From: Octopus vulgaris
Taxonomy: Eukaryota
Assembly (NCBI GenBank): GCA_951406725.2
Contig: OX597832.1
Location: 59,830,001-59,894,000 of the forward strand
Direction: 5' to 3'
DNA: 64,000 nt
In this document: positions 12,262-26,313 of the stretch, one piece after another
Layout: every line of letters begins with the position of its first letter
Numbering within the stretch: the first letter of the stretch is position 1
Made by a program: the position numbers and the translations under genes
Notes under the pieces: generated by a model
What the model saw: the letters and a program-made list of their open reading frames with translations, nothing else
What the model was told of the DNA's origin: nothing
The model's database searches: none

Positions 12262-12324
<63 letters not shown>

Positions 12325-12326
<2 letters not shown>

Positions 12327-12711
12327 GTTTGGATTTTGCGTCGTGTCTGTATGTGCTGTTTCCAAGTCTTTCTCAGAGGCCTCAAGACATAGAAAGTTTA
12401 TAAGTTTTAGAGAAATCCTTTTGATAGTCTGCGAAAACAAATTGTTTTCGATTTATTAAGACAGTATCTTTCGGTCGATATAATCAGTGCCCATGAAAAC
12501 TATTCTCAGAATTTCTTAAATTTTTGGATTCCCTTGGATTTGAGATAATAATTATCAGCTTTTTTTGCAGTTATTCCTAAGGCAACTTCAACCGCGGGTA
12601 TTGTACCTGTGTTGGCTTTCTAAATTTTTCTAATTTCTATTTCAAGATCTCTTCACTTGCTCAACATTTGCTATAACTTAACTGATATATTTATAAAAAT
12701 TGGGATTGTCA

Positions 12712-12712
<1 letters not shown>
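12325..12712 (-). mobile_element. R4/Dong-type LINE 3' fragment (endonuclease C-terminus + 3'UTR) ending in (TAA)n; ~116-bp deletion relative to the adjacent copy
   Basis: Near-duplicate of 12745-13307; the minus strand ends ...cacgacgcaaaatccaaacg(taa)n. Confidence 0.8.
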
Positions 12713-12744
<32 letters not shown>

Positions 12745-12746
<2 letters not shown>

Positions 12747-13307
12747 GTTTGGATTTTGCGTCGTGTCTGTACGTGCTGTGTTCAAATCTTTATCAAGGGC
12801 CTCAAAACATAGAAAGTTTATAAGTTCAAGTAGCATAAGGACTATGATGGTTGATAGCTGCCATGTTTTAGGAGGAGAGTGTAGCTCGGTGAAAGGGAAA
12901 CGTGTTTCAACTGTGCATCTTAGTTTCGTAAAAAATATTGTTTTAGAGAAATCCTTTGATAGTATGTGAAAACAAATTGTTTTCGACTTAAGACAGTATC
13001 TTTCGTTCGGTATAATCAGTGCTCATGAAGACTATTCTCAGAATTTCTTAAATTTTTGGATTCCCTTGGATTTGAGATAATAATTATCAGCTTCTTTTGC
13101 AGTTATTCCTAAGGCAACTTCAACCGCGGGTATTGTACCTGTGTTGGCTTTCTAAATTTTTTAAATTTCTATTTCAAGATCTCTTCACTTGCTCAACTTT
13201 TGCTATAACTTAACTGACAGATTTATAAAAATTGGGATTGTCTAATCGATGTGTAGACATGATTTTCGTCTTAAATCCTTCTGTATAATAACTAGCCTGT
13301 TTATATT
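12745..13307 (-). mobile_element. R4/Dong-type LINE 3' fragment ending in (TAA)n
   Basis: Degenerate translation NINRLVIIQKD..KSCLHID*TIP...KLSK*RDLEIEI...TIPAVEVALG...ERKILS* matches the restriction-like endonuclease end also seen at 32205-34158. Confidence 0.82.
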
Positions 13308-13312
13308 CATCA

Positions 13313-13671
13313 TTATTATGTCCGCCTTAGCGAAGACGAAGGTATTGTTTTTCGGTCGTGTTTGTTTGTCCGTGGACAAGATATCTTCAAGAACCGCTGG
13401 GTGGATTCGTATGAAACTTCCAGAGATGTTTGGCCTTATGACTGGCACGAACTGATTAGATTTTGGGATCGATCCGGTACCGGACAAGAATTCTGGATTA
13501 TTTTTCCTGTTTGTTTTTTACTTAATTTTTGAGAGCGGTAGGGTTCACTTTTAGTAATCTTGTTTGTGAGAGCAGTCGAGTATACTTCAGAAAAAAATCA
13601 TCCCCAGCTAATCGTTGAGAAGACGTTGGTGTTGCCATGGCGGAAGATTGCGCTCTCTGAGTGGTCTTGTT
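13313..13671 (+). mobile_element. Helentron-associated non-autonomous element (HINE/DINE-1-like)
   Basis: Subterminal IR tccgcc (13321) / ggcgga (13639); TGTT/TGTC microsatellite after the 5' end; 'ggattcgtatgaaactt' core; 3' hairpin gcgctc-tct-gagtgg; T-rich ends. Confidence 0.7.
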
Positions 13672-13768
13672 GTTGTTGTTGTTGTTGTTGTTGTTAATAT
13701 TATTATGATTATTATTATTATTCATAATAGTATTAACAACAACAACAACAACAAGTATTATTATTATT

Positions 13769-14088
13769 GTGAAGGCGCATGGCTCAGTGGTTAGAGCATC
13801 GAGCTTACGATCGGACCGGGCTGCGTGTTGTGTTCTTGAGCAAAGCACTTTATTTCACGTTGCTCCAGTCCACTCAGCTGTAGAAATGAGTTGCGACGTC
13901 ACGAGTGCCAAGCTGTATCGACCTTTGTCTTTCCCTTGGATAACACTGGTGGCGTGGAGAGGGGAGGCTGGTATGCATGGGTGACTGTTGGTCTTCCACA
14001 AACGACCCCTTGCCTGGATTTGTGTCTAGGAGGGTAACTTTCTAGGTGCAATCCCATGGTCATTCATGACCGAAGGGGGTCTTTACCC

Positions 14089-14090
<2 letters not shown>
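13769..14090 (+). mobile_element. tRNA-derived CORE-type SINE family 2 (octopus OR2-like), B-box region deleted
   Basis: A-box tggctcagtggttagagc; CORE-like tgtgttcttgagcaaagcactttatttcacgttgctccagtccactcagctgtagaaatgag; lies in (ATT)n. Family name is from memory. Confidence 0.82.
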
Positions 14091-14148
<58 letters not shown>

Positions 14149-14150
<2 letters not shown>

Positions 14151-14300
14151 TCAGTAGTCTTATTTTTATCCCTTTCACTGCACTACCGAGCGCAGCTCTG
14201 TGTGCCTTGGGTATGTGCGGTGATTTGTAGTGATGCTCTTATTTTTCTCGTACTGAAAGTATTTTACGTAGGATGTGTGCGGTACCTAGTAGTATTTTGC
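14149..14300 (-). mobile_element. R4/Dong-type LINE extreme 3' end followed by (TAA)n
   Basis: Minus strand KILLGTAHILRKILSV, short 3'UTR, then (taa)n. Confidence 0.78.
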
Positions 14301-14859
14301 ATCTGCTTTAATTTGTACGCGATGTACCAAATTTTGAAGCAGTGATGTCAAGTGACAACAAGCTTTTGCATCTAATCCTGCAAACAGGTGCCATGCAATT
14401 TTGGAACTAATATTTGTGTGTTATAAAAGAATAATCCATTTTTTAAAATAAAATTTATAATAAAACTGAAGGAATAAGATTGTATTGATGTATATTACAA
14501 AGCGATGAATTTACCTTAAATATATGCGGTAACAATAACTACAATCTTTTTGGCAATTTACGTATTTTGAGGATGCCAAGAATTTCGTCTGCTTAATTAT
14601 TGTTCCTGCTCCTGCCATTTCATGCCACGATAGGTATTTTGTTGCTTTACGATATCACATTCCTCTGATTTCAATCTCTTGGTTCTTAAATTTGCTCATT
14701 TTCCCGTAGAAAGGGATCGTAGATTAAATCAACTTCACTCCTTATTTTATGGAGCCCCAAACAATTTAGCGAGATTTGATTTTGAAACGAACTTTCTAAA
14801 ATACAACTGCATATCAATTAAAGGAAAGGAAGAAAAGATTAGAAACTGTCTGTAAAAAC

Positions 14860-15028
14860 GTTCAAATGGTACTGCATGAGAGTGGGGCTCATGCAGCCAT
14901 TTCATCATCATTTATTATATAACATTTTTCTCATTTTCATTCTTGTGTTTTTGTCCTCACTGCAGTGTTCTGTCTGTCCTTGTGCTGTCCCCTCTGTGTA
15001 AAAGCCTGAGTGCTTGAATAAGGAATTA
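14860..15028 (+). mobile_element. Tx1/L1-like 3' end fragment
   Basis: Tail tgtctgtccttgtgctgtcccctctgtgt...aataagga resembles the tails at 6681-6746 and 36341-36400; 5' boundary uncertain. Confidence 0.5.
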
Positions 15029-15039
15029 GTACGATCAGA

Positions 15040-15410
15040 AGACGGATAAATCTGACCTCGGTGGAATTTTGAAGACAGAGGGCAAAGAAATCGAAGAGAT
15101 ACCAAAAGGCGTTTTAGGCTGACGTTGTAACGATTCTGCCGAAGTTTTCCACAAGTTCAGCACGTTTTGGGGGAGGTAGTTCGTCGATATCATCGACCCC
15201 AGTAACTTACAAATATTTTACTCAATCGACTCCAAAAGGATGAAAGGTAATTTTCACCTCGGCAGTAACTGAACTCAGGACGTAAAGAGTTGAAAGAAAT
15301 AATACATGTAATATAATTTATCCAAATGATCTAACGATTCTGCCATTCCACCGACCCCATACTAATGATTTCATTTATTTGCCACAAGGGCGAAGGATTG
15401 GGGTGACAAT
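15040..15410 (-). mobile_element. Degenerate tandem SINE family 1 copies
   Basis: Reverse-complement family motifs (aaaggatgaaagg, cctcggc..., ctaacgattctgcc). Confidence 0.7.
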
Positions 15411-15547
15411 AAAAAGACAGACATAAAGTTTCCATATGATGAAATGATAAAAACCGACCCCAAAATAATAATAATAATGATAGTAATAATAATAATAATA
15501 ATAGTAATAATAATAATAATAATAACAACAACAATATTAAGATGATG

Positions 15548-15611
<64 letters not shown>

Positions 15612-15613
<2 letters not shown>

Positions 15614-15835
15614 TTTCAAAGTTTTCCACACGGGCAGCCATTTTGTGGGGAGGGGATGTGTCGATTACATCGATTACATTCACACCAAAGCCTAACTGGT
15701 ACTTAATTTACCGACGCCGAAAGCAGGAAAAGCAAAGTCGACCTCGGCAGAATTTGAACTTAGAACGTAGCGGTAGACGAAACACTGCTAAGCATTTCAC
15801 TCGGCGCGCTAACGATTCTGCTAGCTCGCCTCCTT
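15612..15835 (-). mobile_element. SINE family 1, near full length, in (AAT)n
   Basis: gcaaagtcgacctcggcagaatttgaactt...ctaacgattctgctagctcgcc. Confidence 0.85.
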
Positions 15836-15996
15836 CATAATAATAATAATTATTATTATTATTATTATTATTATAATTTCATTTTGGGGTTTTTAGTTTA
15901 ATGACCTAATGAGGTATACAGTGAGTTTGTTTGCTCTAGGAGTCGGGAAGGCACTCGGTAAGAAATGGAAACAAAATTGAAGGAAAAGTTATAAAG

Positions 15997-16030
15997 ATGA
16001 TGACCATGAAGATGCTGCTGCTGCTACTGC

Positions 16031-16071
<41 letters not shown>

Positions 16072-16205
16072 AAGGTGATGATGATGAGGAGGAGGGTAAT
16101 GATGATGATGATGATGATGATGGTGATGATTAGGGTGATGATGATGAGGGTGATGATGATGACAACGACAACGATGACGACGACGACGATAACGATGATG
16201 ATGAT
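15997..16205. repeat. (GAT)n/(GCT)n/(GAC)n compound trinucleotide repeat
   Basis: Direct sequence. Confidence 0.9.
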
Positions 16206-16461
16206 AAAAATAAAGAATAACAGATAACAGATAAAAATTATATAAGGTATCTAAAGAGTATTACTTTAGGCATTGTGTCCCTTAGTTTGTTTTTTTTTAC
16301 TAATATCTGACGAAGAGATTTGAGGGATAACTTAGCTGCTATTTTGTGTGGTAAGGTAAAGACTCCATTACTGACACAATGTACTACATATTTCGGATCA
16401 GCCATGTTAAGACAAAGGTTAGGAAATTTATCAACATGAAAGCAGTCATTTAACTATCTCT

Positions 16462-16492
<31 letters not shown>

Positions 16493-16870
16493 ACTCAGTC
16501 CATCCCTCTCTCACTCACTTTCTCCCTTTCATTATCTCTTTGTCTCCTCTTTCTCGGCTTTTTTTTTATCTCTCTTCCTCTCCATCTAAATGTTTCACAA
16601 GCTACCTTTCAATAATTTTCTTCCTCATTCTCAATTTCGCTATCATTCCACTGCCTTTCTACCCCTCTCTCGCACCCTATCTCTCTGTCGCTCTCCTTTA
16701 CTCTCTTTCTCTCTCTTTCCTTCTTTATCTCTCACATACACACATTCACACATATATGCACACAAACACAAAATATACATTTTCTCGTTTCAAATCCGCG
16801 ATACTACTGTATATCTTCTTTAGAGACGCTGTGAAATATATAGCAAGCATTATACGGACACAGCCACACG

Positions 16871-16953
<83 letters not shown>

Positions 16954-17204
16954 TACAACACACACATACATACATATTCATATATATATATACTATGGAT
17001 ATATATCCGTATGTACGTATGTGTATGTCTAAATATATATATATATAAACATATATGTGCACATGACTGTATGTGTATATATGTACATATACGTACATAT
17101 TTATACATATATCTACATATATTATGTGTGCATATTTATGTGTATATCTCCATGTGTATGTATCTCTCTCTCTCTCTCTCTCTTCTATATATATATATAT
17201 ATAT

Positions 17205-17247
<43 letters not shown>

Positions 17248-17928
17248 TATTTAAGTATACATATAAATAAATAATATATATATATACATACTTACATACA
17301 TACATACATGCATGCATGCATACACACAGATATAGATACGCATATATATTCAAAGAAACATATTTCAAAGCTCCAGTCGGATCGTGTGAAGAATATATTT
17401 GATATTCAATAGATTTGATACTCAATAAATATGACAGCCGATCGCAAATCTTTTTCTTTACTGGTAAATGGTTGGAATAAACTGATTCTATATTTCATCA
17501 GAGAGGAAAGCCATGAGAATCATTCTTACAATACAGATAATTTGTTACAAGCAAGATTAGTTTATCGTATTGATCGGCCTCACAATATCACACACACACA
17601 CACATATATCTATATATATATTGTATATATAGATATAGTTATATTACATGTGTGTGTGTTGGGTGGGTGGGGGTGCTCGTATTTGTTGCTGCATTTTAAT
17701 GTATTGAGACGTAACGTTGGGTTTCATGTTATATTTTTGTACAGGAAGAACTTTCTGTGGGTTAGCTTCGGTTTTACTAATATCTTGCTGGCGTAATTTA
17801 GTTGAAGTAAATTATACGAATGTTTGTCATCTTTACATACGCATACATGCATGTATGTATGAATATATGCATGCATACACATACACACATACACACACAC
17901 ATATATATCTTTATATTCATATATATTC

Positions 17929-17960
<32 letters not shown>

Positions 17961-18103
17961 ATAAATTTATGCACACACGCATACACATATGTATACAGTT
18001 GTCCTGTACTCTGTTTTTTCGTTGTTAAAAAAAGTCCGTTTCCTTGTTTGATTTTATGTTTTCGTTTCTCGTTGTGTTCTACGTTTATTTGTGGTCTCCT
18101 GTA

Positions 18104-18161
<58 letters not shown>

Positions 18162-18190
18162 TATAAATACGTATACATATAGAGATAGAC

Positions 18191-18329
<139 letters not shown>

Positions 18330-19034
18330 ATTTATGTGTGTGCGTGCTTGTGTGAGTATGTGCATTTCATGCATGTATGTGTGTGAATGTATATATTAAC
18401 AAAGAACAAAAGTACCATTCAATTCGCAGCATCGTTTCTAAATTTGAATTCAGCTTGGCTCCCGCTACACATTTAAGATCAGCAGATGACGATTGAATAT
18501 AAAACCTTACGGAAATCCATCGGTGATGAACCTCTGTCAGTTAACACATTTATTCCTTTCAGCTTGATCCTCAATTATCTTGATCTGCTTTGATTTATGG
18601 ATGTGTACTTCGAACGAAACGGAATTGAATGTCTTCGAAGATTCAACCACGTGTTTCGTTCTTGCGATTCTATCCTTACACCATGCTCACCTCGCTCCAA
18701 TGTATACTTTTTTTAACGCTTCATAATAATGAAAACATTTTCTCTCAGACAAAAAGCACAGCATCATGCCTTTGAACGTTTCTTTTTTTTCATATATATA
18801 TATACATATTTAGCATGATACAGAAATGGCGATATTAATTTAATGCTCTTTTTCCCAATTGCGCTTAGCGAATATTTTTGCAACTGGATAGTTTCCTTAA
18901 TACCCGTGAATATACTCATCACCCTATTTTTTATATATAGAAGTTGGAATTTCGTGTAGGAATGAGACAAACGGCTATACGTTATTTATAATCCCCAGGT
19001 AAAGCAAAACACGCCTGGCGTTCCCGGAATCATT

Positions 19035-19140
19035 GCTTTCGGGGTCGACAAATTAAATACCAGTTGCGTACTGGGGTTGATCTAATCGACTGGCCCCTAC
19101 CCCCAACATTTCGAGCCTTGTGCCGAGAGGAGAAAAGAAT
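19035..19140 (+). mobile_element. SINE family 1, 3' half
   Basis: ctttcggggtcgacaaattaaataccagttgcgtactgggg...gagccttgtgcc...aaaagaat. Confidence 0.8.
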
Positions 19141-19744
19141 CATTGCTGGGACAATGTTAAGCATTGTTCCAATATATATTGTGATTTTGACAGAACATGT
19201 CCATGAAGTGCCTTTTCTCTCAGACAAAAGCACACCTCCATGCCTGTCGACTGTGTATGAACATAAATAAAGTACAGAGAGAGCTATTGTAAGATTAAAA
19301 AAAAATTTTTAAGTAAAGATGATATCTTTTGTATGTAGAAGCTTACTAGATAGAACCCTCTAATTTGGAAATGAAAACGCTAATTTTAAATCTGGAGTTA
19401 CAGGATATATAGCCAAATTAACAAAATATTTAATAATGAACAGAGATCAAAACTATAGAAATGAGGTACAGATTCATTTACTGAAAATAATAATAAAAAA
19501 AAAGAATCCAATTAATCTATGAATATGTTGTTAATTGCCCGAAATATCATTATCTTATTATCGACAACTCATTGGAGATATTTAGATATGTAACGGATCC
19601 AACTAGCAAAAAACAAAAACGTAATAATAATAAGTTTTGACAAAATTAATTTATGATTAATACACAAATTTTGTTATAGGAAAAATTTATATTTTTCACT
19701 AATTTGAATCTGTACTGAATTCAATGTTTCCCTACAAGGTTTTA

Positions 19745-19813
<69 letters not shown>

Positions 19814-20141
19814 CGAGATGGCATCGGATACGCTATCAAGGTTTTGTTTTATGAGTTTACAATACGTCTTACGTTCAGTTAGCTTAATGATGTAATGTCA
19901 GGGTGGCTTCGATTTTGAAATATAATTACGTAATATTATGGCAAATAAAATTCCCATAAAAGCTGTGAATGTAATGATTCGTCTGTCATTTCTTCAATCA
20001 ATCATTCAATTCCTATTTCGCGTGGAAGAATAAAAGGTTTAATAGGTAAATTGAGATAAGGAGATACGGATAAAATAGCTATATATTTTTATATATATAT
20101 ATATATGTACGTATATGTATGTGTACACCCACACACCCACC

Positions 20142-20215
<74 letters not shown>

Positions 20216-20981
20216 TGTATATATATATATGTGTGTGTGTATGTATGTATGCATGCATGTATGAATGAATGCATGCATGTATGTATGTATGTATGCACAT
20301 GCTTAAATATATACGCACATTTATCTGAATCTAGTTGCTGCATTATGCTAACGTGCCTACATGCATACATATATGCATACATGCATATATACATATATAC
20401 ATACATACATACATACCTACATGTGAATATGAGTCCGTGTGTGTGTAAATAAATATATATATATACATGTATATATATACATGTATGTATATATATATAC
20501 ACGTATATATATATATATATATATACACACATAAACATATATGTATATATACATATATAATGTAGATCCAAATAATGTAGATATAAATATATATATATAC
20601 ATATGTACTTATAAATTCGTATATATATGTATATATATATATATACACTTATATACATACACATGTAAATTAATATACATATATAGACTTATATATATAT
20701 ATACACACATTTATATTCATAGACATATATATATATATATAAATACATGCATAAATGTGCATATGTGTATAATTATATATATGCAGGTTTATAAATACAT
20801 ATATGTGGGTGAGTATATATATATATATATGTATGTATATGTATGTATATAATATATACTATATATATATGTATGTATGTATATATATATATATATGTAT
20901 GTATATATATATATATATGTATATATATATCTATCTATATATATATATGTATATATATATATATGTATGTATATATATATG

Positions 20982-21019
<38 letters not shown>

Positions 21020-21970
21020 TGGTTTGCCTGTTTGTGTTTACAGTATTTATTTTTGCTTGTAATGCCTCTCTTTTTCTCAGTTTCTCTTGCGCCTCACGTC
21101 GGGTGTGTCTGCATTTTAGCGTATGCGCGTCTGTATATCTGTATGTGTATTTGCTTGCGCATGTGTGTGCGTGCGTGTATGTGTGTGCGAGTGTGCGTTT
21201 TTGCGCGCGTATATGTTGGCACGTGAAGCAAACCGAGGCGATGGGGGGAAAACTATTTAAACATCTGAGCTCAAGCAAAGCTATCTCACAGCGAGGCTTT
21301 GATGTGCCCAGAAGCCAAGGCAGAGAATAGTCGGGTCAGATTAGTTTTAATTATTCTATTCAAGGTTGAAGTTGATACACAGATTGTGTGCAGAATCTGT
21401 GCAAAGATGCACTTGTGTCAGAGACAATAAAAGGTAATTTTAGCATCAAAGAGGAAGAAGGAAAACAGGAAAAAAAAAAGGTGCAGTGCAGGTTGATGGC
21501 TTGGATGAGAGAGATGTTGCTGTTGTTGATAATGGTAGTGTCAGTGGTGGTGGTAGTGGTGGTGGTTTTGGTGGTGGTGGTGGTGGTGATAGTGGTGTTG
21601 GTGGTGGTGGTGGTGGTGGTGTGGGTGCAAAGGCAGTATGTTTACATTTAGATATATATTTACGTGAATATTTCACTACTCTGCAACATCAACTAAACCT
21701 TAATCTCTCACTCTCTCTCTCTCTTTCTACCCCTCTCTCTTTCTCTCTAGCTTTCTACCTGCTCTCTCTCTCTCTCTCTTTCTATCTCCCTCTCTATCTC
21801 TCTCTCTCTCACACATACACATACACGCATACAGACAAACTATACGTATTTCTTTCTCCACGTTCACATGTTTAAAAAAATGTTTTCTATATTTGTACAT
21901 ACGGGTGTGTATATGTTTTAAGTTTGTATATTATAAGCATGGGCAGATATTTGTAAGTTCAATTTTTCAA

Positions 21971-22007
<37 letters not shown>

Positions 22008-22134
22008 TAGATAGACAGCCAGAGAGGGAGAGTGAGATATGAAATATATTTGTATATAATCATATATACATACATACAAAGATGTATGCATGCTAATGTG
22101 CGAATGTGTGTGCGTGTGTATGCGTGTGTATGTG

Positions 22135-22306
22135 TGTCTGGTTGTACACCACCGGTTAAGAATTGGTGTTGGTTTGTTTACGTCACTGTATCTTAGCAGT
22201 TGGGCAAACGTGATCGATAGAATAAGTACCAGGATAGATTTGTTCCACTGAACCCTTTAAGGCGGTGCCTCAGCATGGCCTCAGTCTCATGATTAAAAGA
22301 ACAAGT
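22135..22306 (+). mobile_element. SINE family 4, 3' module
   Basis: tggtgttggtttgtttacgtc...gatagaataagtaccagg...aggcggtgcctcagcatggcc; recurs at 46003, 48975, 50740 and 54850. Confidence 0.8.
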
Positions 22307-22497
22307 ATAGAGGAAAAATAAACAAAGCAATAGTGCCCTAGAGAGAGAGAGAGAGAGAGAAATGTATATGTGAAGCATATTTGCATATAATAATATGAGT
22401 TTGTGAGTATACCTATATGAGTTCCTATATATATGTGCGTGTCTGTGTACATATATATATATATATGTATATATATATATTTATATTTATATATATG

Positions 22498-22550
<53 letters not shown>

Positions 22551-22552
<2 letters not shown>

Positions 22553-22711
22553 GACAGGCTTCTTTCATTTCCATCTACCAAATCAACCCAGAGGTCTTTG
22601 GTTGGGCCGAGGCTATATTAGAAGACATTTATCCATGGTGACACACAGTGGGACTGAACGCGGAACCATGTGGTTGGTTAACAATCTACTTACTACACAG
22701 CCACTCCTGCG

Positions 22712-22713
<2 letters not shown>
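22551..22713 (-). mobile_element. SINE family 4, tRNA-like 5' module, in (TA)n
   Basis: Reverse complement ggcgcaggagtggctgtgtagtaag...ggttccgcgttcagtcccactg...gaaagaagcctgtcgt. Confidence 0.85.
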
Positions 22714-22764
<51 letters not shown>

Positions 22765-22777
22765 CTTTCTAGAAGGG

Positions 22778-23050
22778 CAGGGTTTTTTGTGGAAAACCAG
22801 CAGACGGCCGTGCATGCACGTCCTCTTTCTCCACGCCACCGAAGATGTTCAAGGGAAAGGCAAGGGTCGATACAGTTTGATACAAGTAGTGTCACAACTA
22901 ACTTATTTCTACAACTCAGTGAACTAGAGGAACGTGAAATTAAGTGATAAAGTGTTTTGCTCAAGAACTCAACACTTAGCCCGACACGGGACTCCAACAC
23001 AAAACTTCACGATTGGGAGACCGATACTTCAACCACAGAGCTATGCGTCT

Positions 23051-23054
<4 letters not shown>
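22778..23054 (-). mobile_element. CORE-type SINE family 2
   Basis: Reverse-complement homology to 13769-14090. Confidence 0.8.
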
Positions 23055-23104
<50 letters not shown>

Positions 23105-24402
23105 TATATACACATATACATATACATATATATGCATACATACATACATACATACATACATACATACATACATACATACATACACACACAAGCACACGCA
23201 CACACATAAACACAGACACACACACAGACACACACACAAACACAAACAAACACACACATATATATCGCGGAAATGTCACGATAACCAGAACAACTTCACA
23301 CGCGGTATTGTCCTCTATTCTTTAAATTTTTTCGTTCTATTTTATGCTATTAAACTATTGCGAACTGCGATTACGCTCCGGTTAATGGCATTACTTGAGC
23401 GGAATATATGTATCGCAATGGCTACCATGACACGTTTAGGATGTGATATAACCACTTCCTACAGTGCAGCTCCGATCCATAATAAATTTTATATATGTAC
23501 GAGTGTAAATGTGTGAAGTGTGTGGCGCGCGTTCTGATTTATCAATTTGAAACTTAAATTGCACGACGTGTAAAAAGAATTTATACTTCCATATGTATTC
23601 CTGTTCTATCATGAATCCCTTGTCTGAGTAGATACAAGCTATGTACCATGCCACTTAAAGCTGTAGTGCTGTATCCTAGGCTTAATATCCAAACACATAC
23701 CAAAAACCAACGTGCACGTTGGAAAACTACAATACGAGCACGACGTTCGATTGATGTTTTTTAAAAGGGATTCAAGAGATGCTGGCTATTTTAGGGATGC
23801 AAGAAAATTTAAGCTTGTAGGTAATCGTGTAAATGTGCCTCAAGTAGACACGTGATCTGCAATGCCTTTATAAACAGTGAGGCAGACCCTGTGTTCGAAA
23901 TATTGGCCCTACATATATGTGTGTATATGATATATGTGTATGTATATGCATGTATGCATGTGTGAATGAATTTATGTGTATGTATATAGGTATTGTATGT
24001 ATGTATACGTATGTTATGTATATGTATGAATGAATGTATGTGTGTCTCTATACGCAAAATCAAACCGTTTATAAAATGGTTATACACAAGTGAGTATAAA
24101 ATCAGGAGTGTGATAGTTCATAGTAGTTCATCATAGATATGTATGGAAGTTCTTCATAGATAAGTATGGAAGGTGACACAAAAATTTCACAAATAAAAGA
24201 GAGAATATGACTGGTTCTTCATAAATGTTCATCCTGTATTGGTGGGTCCAAACTTGTACCTCGCAAGTAAGAGACTGGAGAATAAATTGTCCTTCAATAA
24301 ATAGAGTAATGTGCATTTGAGTGTTCAAATGCACAAAGATCTGATTGATGTTAGCGAATGTAAAATGGAATAACCCTCATCCTGTCTTCAGAAGCGAATG
24401 TA

Positions 24403-24434
<32 letters not shown>

Positions 24435-24436
<2 letters not shown>

Positions 24437-25270
24437 GTAAATAGGTAAGTAGGTATATAGATAGGTAAGTAAGTAGATAGGTAGGTAGGTAGGTAGGAGG
24501 TAGTTAAATTGGTAGGTAGATAAATATTTTGATAGATAGGTAGGTAGGTAAAAAGGTAGGTAGGTAAATAGGTAGGTAGATAGGTAGGTAAATAGATAGG
24601 TAGGCAAGTAGGTAGGTAGATAAGTAGGTAGGTAGATAGGTAGCTTGGGAGGTAGGTATATAGGTAGGTATGTATGTAGGTAGATAGGTAGGTAGGCAAG
24701 TAGGTAGGTAGATAAGTATGTATGTAGGTAGATAGGTAGCTTGGGAGGTTGGTAGGTAGGTAGGTAGGTAGGTAGGTAGGTAGGTAGATAGGTAGGTAGG
24801 CAAGTAGGTAGGTAGATAAGTAGGTAGGTAGGTAGGTAGATAGGTAGCTTGGGAGGTAGGTATATAGGTAGGTATGTATGTAGGTAAGTAGGTAGATAGG
24901 TAAGTAAATAGGTGCGTACGTACGTAAATGGGTAGGTAGGTAAATAGGTAGATAGGTACGTAGATAGGTAAATAGGTAGGTTGGTAGGTAGGTAGGTAGG
25001 TAGGTAGGTAGGTAGGTAGGTAGGTAGGTAGGTAGGTAGGTAGGTAAGTAGGTATGTAAGTAGATAGGTAGATAGGTAGATACATTGGTAAATAGGTAGG
25101 TTGGTAAGTAAATAGGTAGATACGTGTGTAGATAAATAGAGAGATAGGTTGTAGGTAGGAAGGTAGGTAGGTTGATAGGTTGGTAGGTAGATAGGTAGGT
25201 AGGTAGGTAGGTAGGTAGGTAGGTAGGTAGGTAGGTAGGTAGGTAGGTAGGTAGGTAGGTAGGTAGGTAG
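24435..25270. repeat. (AGGT)n/(AGAT)n satellite with ~90-110-bp higher-order units
   Basis: Marker 'ggtagcttgggagg' at ~24640, ~24735 and ~24845. Confidence 0.92.
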
Positions 25271-25757
25271 TGTAAAATTCCAGCTGTTTCCTCTTGAAGC
25301 TCATCTGTTTATTACAGGAAATTCCTTACATGTCTTTCTAACAGGTAAAACTTCGTAATTCCTATTGGCAAATGAAACGGGTGTAATCTTAAATAAATAA
25401 TAACAATAAATGTTTCAACCTCCTGTTCCTCTTCATATTTTTGTCTTTATCCTGTATATAACTTGCATTCCGGGTTATTCTACTTTTTAAAAAAATCTCG
25501 TATAACAAGTGCGACTTATACACGAGTTAATGGCGGTAAGTTACACCAAAAAAAAAAAGGAAAGGTAAGTGAAACAGGAAATGATAAGATATACTTATAC
25601 AAAGAATGCTATTCTACTGGCAACACAGGCGAAAAGAAATATGGAGACAGAATTGATATATATGGTAAATATTCGACAAATTTCAAATATGGAAGCAAAG
25701 AAATTATAAATATAAATATAACACGAAAAAGAAAAAGAATGTTTATGGGTTATCTAC

Positions 25758-25826
<69 letters not shown>

Positions 25827-26269
25827 TGTATAATGAACTTATTGCCTTCTCCTAAATTCTTACGTAACGTTGTATAAATATGTTTGCACACAACGAAATG
25901 TGTTTACATATGCGGAATCTCTATGCGCATTTATAGCAGTATTTCATTACGCATGTATATATTTCTGTCCATAAATATTCTTTATATGTTGTCCGCATTT
26001 ACATAGAAAACATTCATATGTATGCGAGAGGGATTATACATGTGTACTCGTATGTGTATGAGTGTGTATGTGCGTGTGTGTGTGTCTAGTGTGAGTCTAT
26101 ATATGTATATATATGTACATATATACTCATAAACGAATATGTTTCAACGATATGTGTGTTATTGTTACGTAATAACGCTGTGCTCCCGATATGCAATATA
26201 TGTACATAGTAATTTTAATGAATGTTCATATAGCTTGTCTCTTGGTTTCCAATAATACATATATACATA

Positions 26270-26313
<44 letters not shown>

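Noticed and set aside
13769-13830. SINE heads as functional tRNA genes (also 42410, 45536, 60017)
   Set aside because: No complete cloverleaf or acceptor stem; each continues into a SINE body.
21486-21875. Gly-rich ORF (or Pro-rich on the minus strand)
   Set aside because: Driven by a (GGT)n tract and runs into (CT)n; non-ATG start and no convincing splice sites.
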